From an uncultured beta proteobacterium (GTDB lineage Bacteria > Pseudomonadota > Gammaproteobacteria > Burkholderiales > JACQAP01), in the NCBI GenBank assembly GCA_963846655.1, contig CAWJWT010000002.1, positions 519,376 through 583,375 of the forward strand: 64,000 nt of DNA, written 5' to 3'. The position numbers were made by a program, and so were the translations under genes. This document shows, one piece after another, positions 40,550-52,131 of this stretch. A model generated the notes under the pieces. It saw only the letters and a program-made list of their open reading frames with translations. It had not been told where the DNA came from and searched no databases. Numbering within the stretch: the first letter of the stretch is position 1; each line of letters opens with the position of its first letter.

Positions 40550-40708
40550 CTAGCGAAGAGTCAGGGGAGGTAAGGAAAGGTGCTGCTGTCCTTGGCGGAC
40601 AAGTCCAGCAAGCGCTTGTCGAGCTGAGCCTGCGTCTCGCGGCGCCGCCTGGGGCTCGGGACCGTCAAAGTCATACAGGCGAAGTAAAGCTTCGAATAGT
40701 GATTTCAT
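40550..40708 (-). CDS. Small hypothetical protein (52 aa) divergent from LysR
   Basis: MKSLFEALLRLYDFDG... with a GGAG RBS before the ATG. Confidence 0.45.
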   Translation of the reverse strand: MKSLFEALLRLYDFDGPEPQAAPRDAGSARQALAGLVRQGQQHLSLPPLTLR

Positions 40709-40821
40709 GATCGTCTCCAGCCAGTGCGTATGCGACGATGTGACTTTAGTCTTATGCTGGAAAAACAACTAGACTTCGAAAACGAATAGGATTTATGCAA
40801 TTAAAGTGATAATTTGTCTAG

Positions 40822-41773
40822 ATGGATCGTTTGTATCAAATGCGCCTGTACGTCCGGGTGGTGGAGACCGGCAGTTTTTCTGCGGTCGCTCGCGAATTCG
40901 GCACCATCCAGCCCACGATCAGCAAGCAACTAACTGCTTTAGAAGAACATTTAGGTGTTCGTCTGCTCCAGCGCACGACCCGGCAACTGAGCACGACCGA
41001 GGCCGGACGAAAATACTACGATCGCTGCCGGCACATTCTGGACGAAATAACGGATCTCGAGGGCAGTCTGACGGTCCTGCAGAACAGCCCGACCGGGCTG
41101 TTACGCGTGAATGCACCCGTGGCATTCGGCCAGCTTTACATGCTGCCGCTGGTCTTCCGCTTTCGCCGGCTTTATCCCGGCCTCGCAATCGACCTGACCC
41201 TGAACGACCGCTATGTCGATCTTGTCCAGGAGGGCATCGACGTCGCTATCCGCTTTGGTGAATTGTCCGATTCCCAAGTCGTCGCCCGAAGCGTCGGACG
41301 CGTAACGCGGGTGTGTGTCGCGAGTCCGGCTTATCTGCGAGCCCGCGGCGTGCCCAGAATCGCCGAACGATCTGCTGTCCCATAACTGCATTACTTATAA
41401 CTACCTGTTCACCAACGAATGGCAGTTTGGCGGCCCGCAGGGACCGACCAGCCTGCGAGTAAGCGGTGACTTTCGCGCCAATAGCGCGCTGACGATTCGC
41501 ACCGCGGCGCTGGAGGGCATCGGCATCGCCAATATGCCCGGCGTGTTCGTGCAGCAAGATCTTGGTACGGGCAGCCTGGTGCAGGTTCTGGCCGATTTTG
41601 CCCCGGCGCCCGTCGAAATCCACGTGCTTTATCCTTCCGCAAGATTTCTCGCCAGCAAAGTCAGGCTGTTGCTCGATTTTCTGCGCGATGAATTCCTGCA
41701 GATCCCGGCGTTGCAAGCGACGCTCGCGACGCCCAAACGGGTTCCGCGCATCCGTGCGAAAGTGGCCGGCTGA
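40822..41773 (+). CDS. LysR-family regulator (CrgA/DmlR-like; apparent frameshift near 41355)
   Basis: MDRL..M..YVRVVETGSFSAVARE, LEEHLGVRLLQRTTR, DLVQEGIDVAIR, ASPAYL, KVR...DFL. Confidence 0.92.
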
Positions 41774-41897
41774 TCGGCGCGCAGCTTAGAATACGCGCCG
41801 CACCTGCGCTTGGGCCCGTTGCTCGCCGATCGCAGGGCTTGAAACAAAACAGTTTTCTTATCCAGCACCGCGTCGCTGCGATCTGCTGAAGGAACCC

Positions 41898-43887
41898 ATG
41901 GCCAAAAAACCCAACGCTTATACCGCCGAGGATATCGAGATCCTCGAGGACCTCTCCCCGATCCTGCACCGCCCCGGAATGTACACCGATCCGGCGAATC
42001 CGAATCACGCGCTGGTCGAGATCATCGACAATGCGGCCGACGAAGGCCTGGCGGGATTTGCCAAGACGGTCGAAGTGGTGCTCTACGAGGACGGCTCGGC
42101 GGAAGTCAGCGACGATGGACGCGGCATTCCGGTGGATATCCATCCCAAGAAAAAAGTGCCGGCCGTGCAGGTCATCTTCACCACGTTGCATTCCGGCGGC
42201 AAGTTTCGTAAAACCGACAAGGATGCGGCGTACCGCATCGCCGGCGGCCTGCATGGCGTGGGCGTTTGCGTGCCCAATGCGTTGTCATCGCGTCTCGAAG
42301 TGGAAGTCAAGCGCGATGGCCGAAAAAAACCGCATCGTGTTTGCCGACAACGGCAAAGTGAAAGAGCCGCTCAAAAAAATCGGCACAGTCGGGCCGCGCG
42401 ATACCGGCACGCGCGTGCGTTTTTGGCCGGATCCGAAGTATTTCGATTCGCCGAAAATCAGTGCCACGGACATCGCCGCGTTATTGCGCGCCAAGGCCAT
42501 GCTGCTGCCCGGCGTGAAGTTTTCGCTGGCGATCGAAAAGAACGGGAAGTTCGAAACCCAGACCTGGCATTTTCCCGAGGGCATCAAGGGATACTTTGCA
42601 TCGGCGATGGCGGGCCAGGAGCCGGTTGCGGACACTTTTCTGGGCGAACGCTACATCGCCGCCCAATCCGAGAACGACAACTTCGCTGAAGGCGAGGGCG
42701 CGATGTGGGCGATTGCGTGGACGCCGGAGGGCGAACTGGTCACGGAGTCGTACGTCAACATGATTCCCACGCGCGTGGGCGGCACGCACGTCGCAGGGTT
42801 GCGCGAAGGCGTCTACAACGCGATCAAGAACTTCATCGATCTGCATGCCATGGGCCAGCGCGGGCTCAAGGTTGTGCCCGAGGACGTGTGGTCGCGCACG
42901 TCCTATGTGCTTGCCGTCAAGATGCTCGATCCGCAGTTCAAGGGCCAGGTGAAAAACGAGCTCATTTCGCGCGACGCGGTCAAGCTCACTGCACAGATGG
43001 TGCGCGATCCCTTCGAGTTGTGGTTGAACCAGCACGTCGATGAGGGCAAGCGCATCGCCGAGCTGGTCATCAGCCAGGCCAACGCGCGCACGCGCGCCGC
43101 GCAGAAAGTAGAACGGCGCAAGCAGTCCGGCGTGGCGGTGTTGCCCGGCAAACTGACCGACTGTGCGTCCGAAGACCCCGAGCGCAACGAGTTGTTCATC
43201 GTCGAGGGCGATTCGGCCGGCGGGTCGGCGAAGCAGGCGCGCGACAAGGAATTCCAGGCCGTGCTGCCGCTCAAGGGCAAACCCAAGAATACCTGGCAGG
43301 ACAGCCCCGATACGCTGTATGCCAACAAGGAAATAGAAGCCATTGCGTTGGCGATCGGCGTGGACCACCACAAAGCCGGCGACAATGTCGACCTGGGCGG
43401 TCTGCGATACCGCAAGATCGTCGTGCTGGCCGACGCGGACGTCGACGGCGCGCACATCCAGGTGCTGTTGCTGACGCTTTTCTTCAGGCATTTTCCGAAG
43501 CTCATCGAGCGCGGCAACGTGTATGTGGCGCAGCCGCCGCTGTTTCGCATCGACGTGCCATCGCAGGGCAAGGGCAAGCCGGCGCGAAAACTCTATGCGC
43601 TCGACAAGCAGGAGCTCGAAGGCATCGAAGAGAAACTCGTGGATGAGGGCTTCAAGCCGGATTCATGGGCTGTCAGCCGCTTCAAAGGCCTGGGCGAAAT
43701 GAATCCCGAGCAGCTCTGGGAGACAACGCTCAATCCAGACACCCGTCGCATGCTGCCCGTCCAGTTGGACGAGGGAGACAACATCTCGATCGATATCTTC
43801 AACATGATGATGTCGCGCGAGAACGCATCGCAGCGCCGCGAGTGGATGGAGACCTACGGCAATCTCGTCGAAGCCGACATTTCTTGA
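41898..43887 (+). CDS. parE: DNA topoisomerase IV subunit B (apparent frameshift at an A7 run near 42325)
   Basis: EIIDNAADE, DDGRGIPVD, LHSGGKF, LPGKLTDC, VEGDSAGGSAKQ, DADVDGAHI, RFKGLGEMNP.QL.ETT; lies upstream of parC. Confidence 0.95.
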
Positions 43888-44040
43888 CCGTTCAGCAGAC
43901 GTTCGGAAAGCAGAGAAAGAGCGAGAGGGAGTGCAAAGCAGAGCACCTGATCAAAAGGCAGTGATGCGCATGTGGGAAGCGGGCCTCGTGCTTTTCCGCC
44001 GTCACGCCGTCACGATAGTCACGATAGTCACGGAATCAAC

Positions 44041-46456
44041 ATGGCAGACCAACCTGATTTGTTCGGCGCCGGTGAAGTTGCCGTTGCCGAAAAGAAAGTC
44101 GCAGTAAAAACCGCACCGCCGGCGGGCGGCGGGGGCAACGGCGGCGCGCTGCCGCCCCATTTTGCGCCCATGTCGGGCGAGATGGGCGATGCACTGCCGC
44201 TGGGCAAGTACGCCTCGACGCAATACCTGCAGTACGCGATTGCGACGGTCAAGGACCGCGCATTGCCGCGAGTCGGGGACGGACAGAAGCCGGTGCAGGG
44301 ACGCATTCTTTATTCCATGTGGACCGCCAACACCCGCTCGGGTGCGAAGCGCACCAAATCGGCGGCCGTGGTCGGCGAGGTGCTGGGCAAATTGCATCCG
44401 CACGGAGACCAGTCCGTTTACGACGCGCTCGTGCGCCTCGCGCAGGATTTCACCATGCGCTATCCGTTGATCGATGGCGAAGGCAATTTCGGCTCGCGCG
44501 ATGGCGACGAGGCGGCCGCGTATCGATACACGGAAGCGCGGCTGACCAGGTTCGCTGAAGTGCTGCTCGCGGAGATCGACATGGGCACCGTCGATTTCAT
44601 CCCCAACTACGACGGCACCCGCGAAGAGCCAACGATCCTTCCGGCGCGTCTGCCGGTCGTGTTGCTGAACGGCGCGTCGGGCATCGCGGTGGGCATGGCC
44701 ACGGAAATTCCAAGCCATAACCTCAATGAAGTGGCCGCGGCAGCCGTTGCCATGATTCGCGATCCGGAGCTGAGCATCGCGGGGCTCATGAAGTACATCA
44801 AGGGACCCGACTTCCCCGGCGGCGCGCAGATCATCACGCCGCGCGCAGAACTCAAGGAGGCGTACACCACGGGCCGCGGCGCTGTTCGCGTGCGCGCGCG
44901 CTGGAACATCGAGCGTCTGGCGCGCGGCCAGTGGCAGATGGTGGTGCACGAATTGCCACCGGGCACGTCGGCCCGGAAAGTTCTGGAAGAGATCGACTCG
45001 ATCACCAATCCGCAGAACAAACCGGGCAAAAAATCGCTTACACCGGAACAGGTGCGCGAAAAGCAGTTGATGCTCTCGATGCTCGACAAGGCGCGCGACG
45101 AATCCGACCGCACGCACCCTGTGCGGCTGGTGTTCGAACCCAAGACCTCGCGCGTCGATGAAACCGAATTCATCAACCTGCTGCTTGCCAAGACCGGCAT
45201 GGAAGGCAACGTTCCGATCAACCTGGTCATGGTCGGCCTCGACGGCCGGCCCACGGGCAAGAATCTGCGCGACATCATCACGGAGTGGATTCGCTTCCGT
45301 TTCGACACGGTAACGCGACGCACGCGCCACCGTCTCGCTCAGGTGCTCGACCGCATCCACGTGCTCGAGGGCCGCATGATCGTGCTGCTCAACGTGGACA
45401 AGGTCATCCGCATCATCCGCAACGCGGAGGAGCCCAAGGCGGAGCTCATCAAGGCGTTCCGGCTCTCCGAGCGCCAGGCGGACGACATTCTCGACATCCG
45501 TCTGCGCCAGCTCGCCAGGCTCGAGCACCTCACGCATCGAGCAGGAACTCAAGGATCTGCAGAAGGAACAAAAAGGGCTCGAGAAAATCCTCAAGGATCC
45601 CAAGGCGCTCGCAGAACTGGTGATCACCGAGATCGAGCAGGACGTCAAAACCTTCGGCGACAAGCGACGCACGCGCATCGAGGAATCCGAAAAGGCCGTG
45701 ATCGAAACGCCGGTCATCGACGAGCCGGTCACCGTGATTTTCTCCCGCAAAGGCTGGGTGCGCGCGCGCCAGGGGTGGGAAGTGGAGGCCGCTTCGCTCT
45801 CATTCAAGGAAGGCGACAGCCTCATGTCGCTGATCCGATGCCGCACCGTCGATCCGGTTGTATTTCTGGATTCCAAGGGTCGGGCCTACACAGTCGAGGC
45901 GGGACAGTTGCCGCCGGCGCGCGGCGATGGCGCGCCGGCATCGTCGCTGGTGGAGGTGCAGGATGGGGCGCACATACTCTATTGCCTGAGCGGCAAACCG
46001 GAGACCAAAGTGCTGGTGGCTTCAACGGCGGGCTATGGTTTCCTGTCGAGTATCGGCGACATGATTTCCAACCGCAAGGCGGGGCGCGAGTTCATGGCGG
46101 TTGATGCGGGCCACGTGCCGCTGGCACCATTCATCTACCAGGGGGCATCAGGCAATTACGTCGCCGCTTTGTCCGAAGGCGGCCGCTTGCTGCTGTTCGC
46201 GCTGGACGAACTCAAGGTGCTGGCCCGGGGTCGCGGCATGATCGTCATGGGACTCGACGAGGGCGAGAAGCTGGCCGCGGTTGCCATTTCCAACAAGCAG
46301 ACGCTGACCATTACCGGCATTGGCCAACGCACCGGCAAGGAGAAAACCGTCCTGCTCTCCGGGGCGAAGCTCGTGCATCACATTCTTAAACGCGCGCGCA
46401 TGGGCCGCGTGCTGCCTGAAAAACTCAGAATGCCGCTGGGAATCGCGGTAGAGTGA
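44041..46456 (+). CDS. parC: DNA topoisomerase IV subunit A (apparent frameshift near 45530)
   Basis: RALPRVGDGQKPVQ, HPHGDQSVYDALVR, AAYRYTEARL, LNGASGIAVGMAT, C-terminal pinwheel repeats; no GyrA box seen. Confidence 0.95.
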
Positions 46457-46486
46457 TCGCAAGCGGCACGATCACAGAAGATTGAG

Positions 46487-46523
46487 ACGCAAGAGGGGCG
46501 CGTCGCGCCTCTCCCTCTTGCGT
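46487..46523. terminator. Inverted repeat between parC and cysK
   Basis: ACGCAAGAGGG...CCCTCTTGCGT with no clear U tract. Confidence 0.35.
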
Positions 46524-46564
46524 TGCGATAAACAATCGGCAACGCGCACCCAATCGGAGACAGC

Positions 46565-47491
46565 ATGAAAGCAGACAACATTCTCGCGACCATCGGCAAC
46601 ACGCCGCACATTCGCATCAATCGCCTGTTCGGCAGGGGCGCCGATGTCTGGATCAAGTCCGAGCGCGCCAATCCGGGCGGCTCGATCAAGGACCGCATTG
46701 CGCTGTCGATGATCGAGGACGCCGAAAAAAGCGGCAAGCTCAAGCACGGCGGGACGATCATCGAACCCACTTCGGGCAATACCGGCATCGGCCTGGCGCT
46801 GGTGGGCGCGGTCAAGGGCTATGCGGTCATCCTGGTCATGCCCGACAGCATGTCGGTCGAGCGGCGCCGGTTGATGCTCGCCTATGGCGCCAGGTTTGAA
46901 CTCACGCCGCGCGAGAAGGGCATCAACGGCTCCATCGCGCGCGCGCAGGAACTTGTGGCGCAAACGCCAGGCTCCTGGATGCCGCAACAGTTCGAGAATC
47001 CTTCCAACATCGAGGTGCACGCGCGCACCACGGCGCAGGAGATCCTCGCCGATTTTCCGCAAGGCTTCGATGCGCTCATCACCGGCGTGGGCACGGGCGG
47101 GCATATCACCGGCTGCGCGCAGGTGCTGAAGAAAGCCTGGCCGAAGCTCAAGGTTTTCGCGGTCGAACCCGCGGCCTCACCGGTCATCTCCGGCGGCAAA
47201 CACACGCCGCATCCGCTGCAAGGCATCGGCGCGGGCTTCGTTCCGAAGGTTCTCGATACGGCGTTGCTCGATGGCACCATCCTGGTCGAAGCCGAGGCGG
47301 CCAAGGAGATGGCGCGGCGCGCGGCGCGCGAAGAAGGCATGCTGATCGGGCTGTCTTCCGGGGCCACACTTGCCGCGATCGCGCAGAAGCTCCCGGAACT
47401 GGGGGACGCAGCCAGGGTGATGGGTTTCAACTACGATACCGGCGAGCGCTATCTTTCGGTCGACGGATTTTTACCCGCTGAACAGGGCTGA
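46565..47491 (+). CDS. cysK: Cysteine synthase A
   Basis: [17 protein letters not shown] (PLP lysine), [33 protein letters not shown]. Confidence 0.95.
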   Translation: MKADNILATIGNTPHIRINRLFGRGADVWIKSERANPGGSIKDRIALSMIEDAEKSGKLKHGGTIIEPTSGNTGIGLALVGAVKGYAVILVMPDSMSVERRRLMLAYGARFELTPREKGINGSIARAQELVAQTPGSWMPQQFENPSNIEVHARTTAQEILADFPQGFDALITGVGTGGHITGCAQVLKKAWPKLKVFAVEPAASPVISGGKHTPHPLQGIGAGFVPKVLDTALLDGTILVEAEAAKEMARRAAREEGMLIGLSSGATLAAIAQKLPELGDAARVMGFNYDTGERYLSVDGFLPAEQG

Positions 47492-47549
47492 GGCCCCAGC
47501 GCGCCTGCGCCGTGCACGAATGCGGCCGGCGCACCCCCCGCATCACGCA

Positions 47550-49058
47550 CTAGACGGACGCTGCGAGCGCTTCGTCGCGCAGCGCGGCCGGCATCAGCCA
47601 GCGGTCGAGCATTTCGAAAGCGCCATGCACCAGCAGCGCCAACGCAGCCGCAGGCACTGCGCCCGCCAGCAATGTCGCGTTGTCATTCAACGCCAAACCT
47701 TGCGCGATGCGTTCGCCGAAGCCGCCGGCGCCGATGAAAGCTGCGATGGTCGCGGTGCCGACGTTGATCACCGCGGAGGTCTTCACGCCGGCCAGGATGG
47801 TGCGCGCGGCCAGGGGCAGTTCAACGACCCGCAGCCGGTACGCGGGCGCCAGGCCGAGCGCCAGCGCCGATTCGCGCAGTCCAGGCGCGATGTCCGCCAG
47901 ACCCGCATAGGTATTGCGCACAATCGGCAGCAGCGCATACAGGAACAAGGCAGCAAGCGCCGGGATCGTTCCGATCATGCCGAACAGCGGGATCAGGAAG
48001 GCGAACAGCGCCAGTGAGGGCACAGTCTGGATCAGGCCGACCGAGGACAGCACCCATTGCCGCGCCGCCGGCACGCGATAGGCGAAGATGCCCAACGGAA
48101 GGCCGATTGCCACGGCAACCAGCAGCGAAACGCCCACCAGCATCACGTGCTCGAAGGCAAGTCGCTTGAAATCCGGCGCAAACAGGCGTGCCAGAAAACT
48201 TTCCCGGCGCGGCTGGGTTTGCTGCTCGCCGAGGAATCCTTTGGCCACATCGGTGAAGCTGCGGGCATTCAGTTCCGCTTCGGCGTTCAGCGCGATCATG
48301 CGGCGCTCATCGAGCGTCCCACGCAATGCCTCGAGCGCATGCCACGTTTGCGGCAGCCGCTGCGGCAGATCCGCGCGATACAGCAACACGGCGTCGTAAA
48401 TCGGAAAAAAACGCCTGTCGTCCTTGAGCACGCGCAAGTTGTACCGGCCGATCTTGGCGTCCGTGGTGTAGGCATCGATGACATCGATCTGCGCTGCCGC
48501 GATGGCCTCGTACGCGAGGCCATGCTCCAATCCGCGCGGTGTCGAGTGCGGCAGACCGTAGGCTTTCTTCAGGCCCGGCCAGCCGTCCGCGCGGCCGATG
48601 AATTCCTGGGACAGGCCCAGCACGATGCGCGGATGTGCCGCGAGATCCGAGATGGCGTTGATGCCGAGCGCCTGCGCGCGGTCCTCGCGCATCGCCAGCG
48701 CATAGGTATTGTTGAACCCGAGCGGCACGCCGACCGCCAGCCCGAGGGGCTGCAACGCGGCATTCAAGCCGTCGAGGTCGAGCGGCCGCGCGCTTCTGAG
48801 AATTTCTCGCTCGATGGTGCCCGTGTACTCCGGGTAAACGTCGATCTCGCCATTTGTCAGCGCGGCATAGACGATACCGGTATTGCCCAGACCGGGCCGG
48901 TGCGCGGCTTGCGCTTCGCCGGCGCGCTGCGCGGTCAGGGTAAGGATCTCGCCGAGAATATAAGACTCGGTGAATCTTTTCGATCCAACGCTAAGCGTCT
49001 CGGCGGCGAAGGCGTTGCCGTACAAACTCAATGCCATGGCGACCAGCAGCGCTTTCAT
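47550..49058 (-). CDS. Osmoprotectant (glycine betaine/choline-type) ABC substrate-binding protein fused to permease
   Basis: VGSKRFTESYILGE, IDVYPEYTGT, GFNNTYALAM, QTVPSLAL, EAA-like loop, IGAGGFG. Confidence 0.9.
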   Translation of the reverse strand: MKALLVAMALSLYGNAFAAETLSVGSKRFTESYILGEILTLTAQRAGEAQAAHRPGLGNTGIVYAALTNGEIDVYPEYTGTIEREILRSARPLDLDGLNAALQPLGLAVGVPLGFNNTYALAMREDRAQALGINAISDLAAHPRIVLGLSQEFIGRADGWPGLKKAYGLPHSTPRGLEHGLAYEAIAAAQIDVIDAYTTDAKIGRYNLRVLKDDRRFFPIYDAVLLYRADLPQRLPQTWHALEALRGTLDERRMIALNAEAELNARSFTDVAKGFLGEQQTQPRRESFLARLFAPDFKRLAFEHVMLVGVSLLVAVAIGLPLGIFAYRVPAARQWVLSSVGLIQTVPSLALFAFLIPLFGMIGTIPALAALFLYALLPIVRNTYAGLADIAPGLRESALALGLAPAYRLRVVELPLAARTILAGVKTSAVINVGTATIAAFIGAGGFGERIAQGLALNDNATLLAGAVPAAALALLVHGAFEMLDRWLMPAALRDEALAASV

Positions 49059-49804
49059 GCGGCACTTCCGAGTTGTGCGAGCGGCGAGCGCTGCGCGGAG
49101 ATGAACTCGGCAACGTAGGCATCGGCCGGACGTTTGAGCAGATCGTCCAGTGTGCCGCGTTGCACGATTCTGCCCGCGCGCATCAGTACCATTTCGCCGG
49201 CGAAATGCGCCGCCTCGCCTATGTCGTGCGTCACCATGACCACTGTCTTGCGCAGGCGCGAAAAAATAATTTTCAATTCCTGCTGCAAGGCGCGCCGCGT
49301 GACCGGATCGAGCGCGCCAAGAGGTTCGTCGAGCAACAGCAACGCCGGATCGAGCATCAGCGCGCGCATCAGCGCCACGCGCTGGCGTTGCCCGCCGGAC
49401 AATTCGCCAGGATGACGCGACAACAGAGAAGGCGGCAGGGCCACCAATTCGCAAAGCTCGTCGAGCCGCGTTCGGATGCCGGCTTCCGGACGATTCAGTG
49501 AGCGGGCCACGAGCGCGACATTGGCGCCGGCGCTCAGATGCGGGAACAAGCCGCCTTCCTGAATCACGTAGCCCATGCGCAGCCGCAGATCGCGCACGTT
49601 GTGGTGCTGCATCAGTTCGCCGCCGAAGGTCACGCGCCCACTGTCGGGAACCACCAGGCCCGCCAGCAGACGCAGCACTGTCGATTTGCCGCAACCGCTG
49701 GGTCCGAGCAGCACGCTGGTGGTGCCATTCTCGAATTCGAGCGAGAGCGGCGCAAGGGTGAAGCGCGGGCTCAGTGTTTTAGTGACATGTTCGAGGCGTA
49801 TCAT
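49055..49804 (-). CDS. Osmoprotectant ABC ATP-binding subunit
   Basis: GPSGCGKST, GYVIQEGGLFPH, LSGGQRQRV, LLDEP, VTHD. Confidence 0.93.
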   Translation of the reverse strand: MIRLEHVTKTLSPRFTLAPLSLEFENGTTSVLLGPSGCGKSTVLRLLAGLVVPDSGRVTFGGELMQHHNVRDLRLRMGYVIQEGGLFPHLSAGANVALVARSLNRPEAGIRTRLDELCELVALPPSLLSRHPGELSGGQRQRVALMRALMLDPALLLLDEPLGALDPVTRRALQQELKIIFSRLRKTVVMVTHDIGEAAHFAGEMVLMRAGRIVQRGTLDDLLKRPADAYVAEFISAQRSPLAQLGSAA

Positions 49805-49946
49805 CGGCTGCGGGGGAGTGTATGCTGCACCCCCCCGCGTGGGCAAGGCTTGCCTCGCGCGCTGGATAGCCAGGCAGCGCATGAAGGCGGCATAATGCGC
49901 ACTAAATTTAATTTGCCGTTGCGGTTCGAGGGAACACAGACCAACC

Positions 49947-50387
49947 ATGCAACCCGCACTCGCCTGGCTACTGGCCGGCCTTCTGCTCGTCGTCGTGGAA
50001 CTGATGACAGGGACGTTCTATCTGCTGATCCTCGGCATTGCCGCCGGGATCGGTTCAGTGATGGCGTTTGCCGGTCAGCCGTTCTGGATGCAGGCGCTGA
50101 TGGCCGCGATTGCAGCCATGGTCGGCGGCGTGCTGGTGAACCGCTTTCACCGCGTGGCAAACGCCAGCTCGCCCCAGGACATATCGAACGACATCGGGGA
50201 ACGCGCTACGATCGAAAGCTGGATCAGCGAACCGCAACGGCTTGCGCGGGCACGCTATCGCGGCACCATCTGGGATGCGGAGGTGCTGGGCATGGATCGC
50301 ATCGAGCCCGGTGCGCTGCTGTACGTCGTGGCCACACGCGGCAGCCGCCTAGAACTGTCCACGGTGCGGCCGGCCGAACGCCAATAA
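49947..50387 (+). CDS. NfeD-like (YbbJ) membrane protein
   Basis: WL..G..L..VEL.TGTFYLL, C-terminal OB-fold YRGTIW; lies upstream of an SPFH gene. Confidence 0.88.
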   Translation: MQPALAWLLAGLLLVVVELMTGTFYLLILGIAAGIGSVMAFAGQPFWMQALMAAIAAMVGGVLVNRFHRVANASSPQDISNDIGERATIESWISEPQRLARARYRGTIWDAEVLGMDRIEPGALLYVVATRGSRLELSTVRPAERQ

Positions 50388-50410
50388 TCAGACAACAAGA
50401 AGGAACCTTC

Positions 50411-51419
50411 ATGGGTGCGAAGCTCATCGCAGCGGTCATCCTGACCGCCATCATTTTCATGTATCCGCCCACGCAGGGCTACGCCGTTCCATTCTTCGTC
50501 CTCGCGCTGGCCGTGGTGTTTGTCATCGAGGGCATCAAAGTCGTGCCGCAGCAGAACGCCTGGGTGGTCGAGCGGCTCGGCAAATTCAACGCCATCCTTG
50601 AGCCCGGGCTCAATTTCATCGTGCCCTTCGTCGATCGCGTCGCCTACCGGCATTCGCTCAAGGAAGTGCCGCTCGACGTGCCCGAGCAGGTCTGCATCAC
50701 CAAGGACAACACGCAGCTGTCCGTGGACGGCATCATCTACTATCAGGTGACCGATCCGCGCCTGGCGAGTTACGGCACGTCGAATTACGTATTCGCCATC
50801 ACGCAACTCGCCCAGACCACGCTGCGCTAGCGAAGTCGGCAAGATGGAACTCGATAACACCTTCGAGAGCCGCGACGAAATCAACCGGCAGGTCGTGTCG
50901 GTGCTCGACGAAGCCGGCCGCACCTGGGGGGTGAAGGTGCTGCGCTACGAGATCAAGAACCTGACGCCGCCGGAGGCGATCCTGCGCTCGATGCAGGCGC
51001 AGATCACCGCGGAGCGCGAGAAGCGCGCATTGATCGCCAAGTCGGAAGGCCAGCGCCAGGAGGAGATCAACCTTGCCGATGGCGAAAAGCAGGCGAAAAT
51101 ACTTTCTTCCGAAGGTGATAAAACCGCCCAGATCAACAAAGCGCAGGGCGAAGCCGGGGCCATCAAGATGATCGCGGAAGCGCAGGCCGAAGCGGTTCGC
51201 GTAGTCGGAGCGGCTATCGGCACGGCGGAAGGACTCAGCGCTGCCAATCTCAAAGTCGCCGAATTGTATGTCGCGGCGTTCAAGGAGCTCGCGAAGACCA
51301 ACAACACGCTGATCATTCCGTCGAACCTCAGCGATGCGGCGAGCTTTGTGGCGAGCGCCATGACGGTGCTGGACCGGGCCAAGCTTGGCGTGGAAGGACA
51401 GAAAGTCGTGAGACCCTGA
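50411..51419 (+). CDS. SPFH/band-7 protein (QmcA-like; one extra base near 50827)
   Basis: VVPQQNAWVVERLGKF, VPEQVCITKDN, QLAQTTLR[S]EVGKMELD, WGVKVLRYEIK, AEREKRA. Confidence 0.92.
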
Positions 51420-51501
51420 TGGCCGGAGCGCCGCGACGCCAAGGGCGATGTTCGGGCGCTGCCGCGACAGCGGGCCGGATCGGCGGCAGGGCCGGGCGCC
51501 G

Positions 51502-52131
51502 ATGAAACTGCGGAACAGCGGCCCATCGACGGTCCTTGCGTTGCTAATGTTGCTGTGGGCGTGCGCCCAGCAGCCGCCGCGCGCCGGCAGCCGCGATGTT
51601 TCGGTGATGGTGCTGCCCAAGCCAGATGGCCACGTCGGCGCGGTCGTGGTGCGCCCGCTTGACGGCGGCAAGCCGGTGCTGATCGACAAGCCTTATGTCG
51701 AAGCCCGCATGAGCGACACGAAATCCGTGCGCAGCGTTGCCACCAACCCCAAGGCCGCGGCGCTCGTATTCGGCAAGACCCTGGCAGCCCTGCCGGTCCC
51801 ACCCAGCACCTATCTGGTCTACTTCGTAGAGGGAACGGAGGAACTCAAGCCCGATGCAAAACGAACGATCGACAAGGTGATGGCGGAACTTGGCGCGCGC
51901 GCCTCGCCCGAAATCGCCGTCGTCGGTCATACTGATTTTGTAGGCACCAATCAGTACAACGACGCGCTTTCACTGCAGCGCGCCGTGCGCGTAAAGGATT
52001 TGCTGATCCGCCGTGGCATCCCGGCGAAAATGATTCAGACTGCCGGGCGCGGCAAACGCGAGCCCGTAGTCAAAACGTCGCAAGAGGTCGCGGAACTTCG
52101 CAACCGGCGTGTGGAAATAATCGTGCGCTAG
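51502..52131 (+). CDS. OmpA-family lipoprotein (paralogue of 22698-23387)
   Basis: Lipobox LWAC, VLPKPDG, GHTD.VG...N..LS..RA, RNRRVEI. Confidence 0.9.
   Translation: MKLRNSGPSTVLALLMLLWACAQQPPRAGSRDVSVMVLPKPDGHVGAVVVRPLDGGKPVLIDKPYVEARMSDTKSVRSVATNPKAAALVFGKTLAALPVPPSTYLVYFVEGTEELKPDAKRTIDKVMAELGARASPEIAVVGHTDFVGTNQYNDALSLQRAVRVKDLLIRRGIPAKMIQTAGRGKREPVVKTSQEVAELRNRRVEIIVR

Noticed and set aside
44395-44430. Quinolone-resistance substitution in the ParC QRDR (GDQSVYD)
   Set aside because: As I recall, Gln at this position is the normal state in many betaproteobacterial ParC proteins, so it is not evidence of acquired resistance.
50821-50845. Amber read-through or pyrrolysine in the SPFH gene
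   Set aside because: The downstream half is in a different frame. Removing one T restores LRSEVGKM, so this is an indel.
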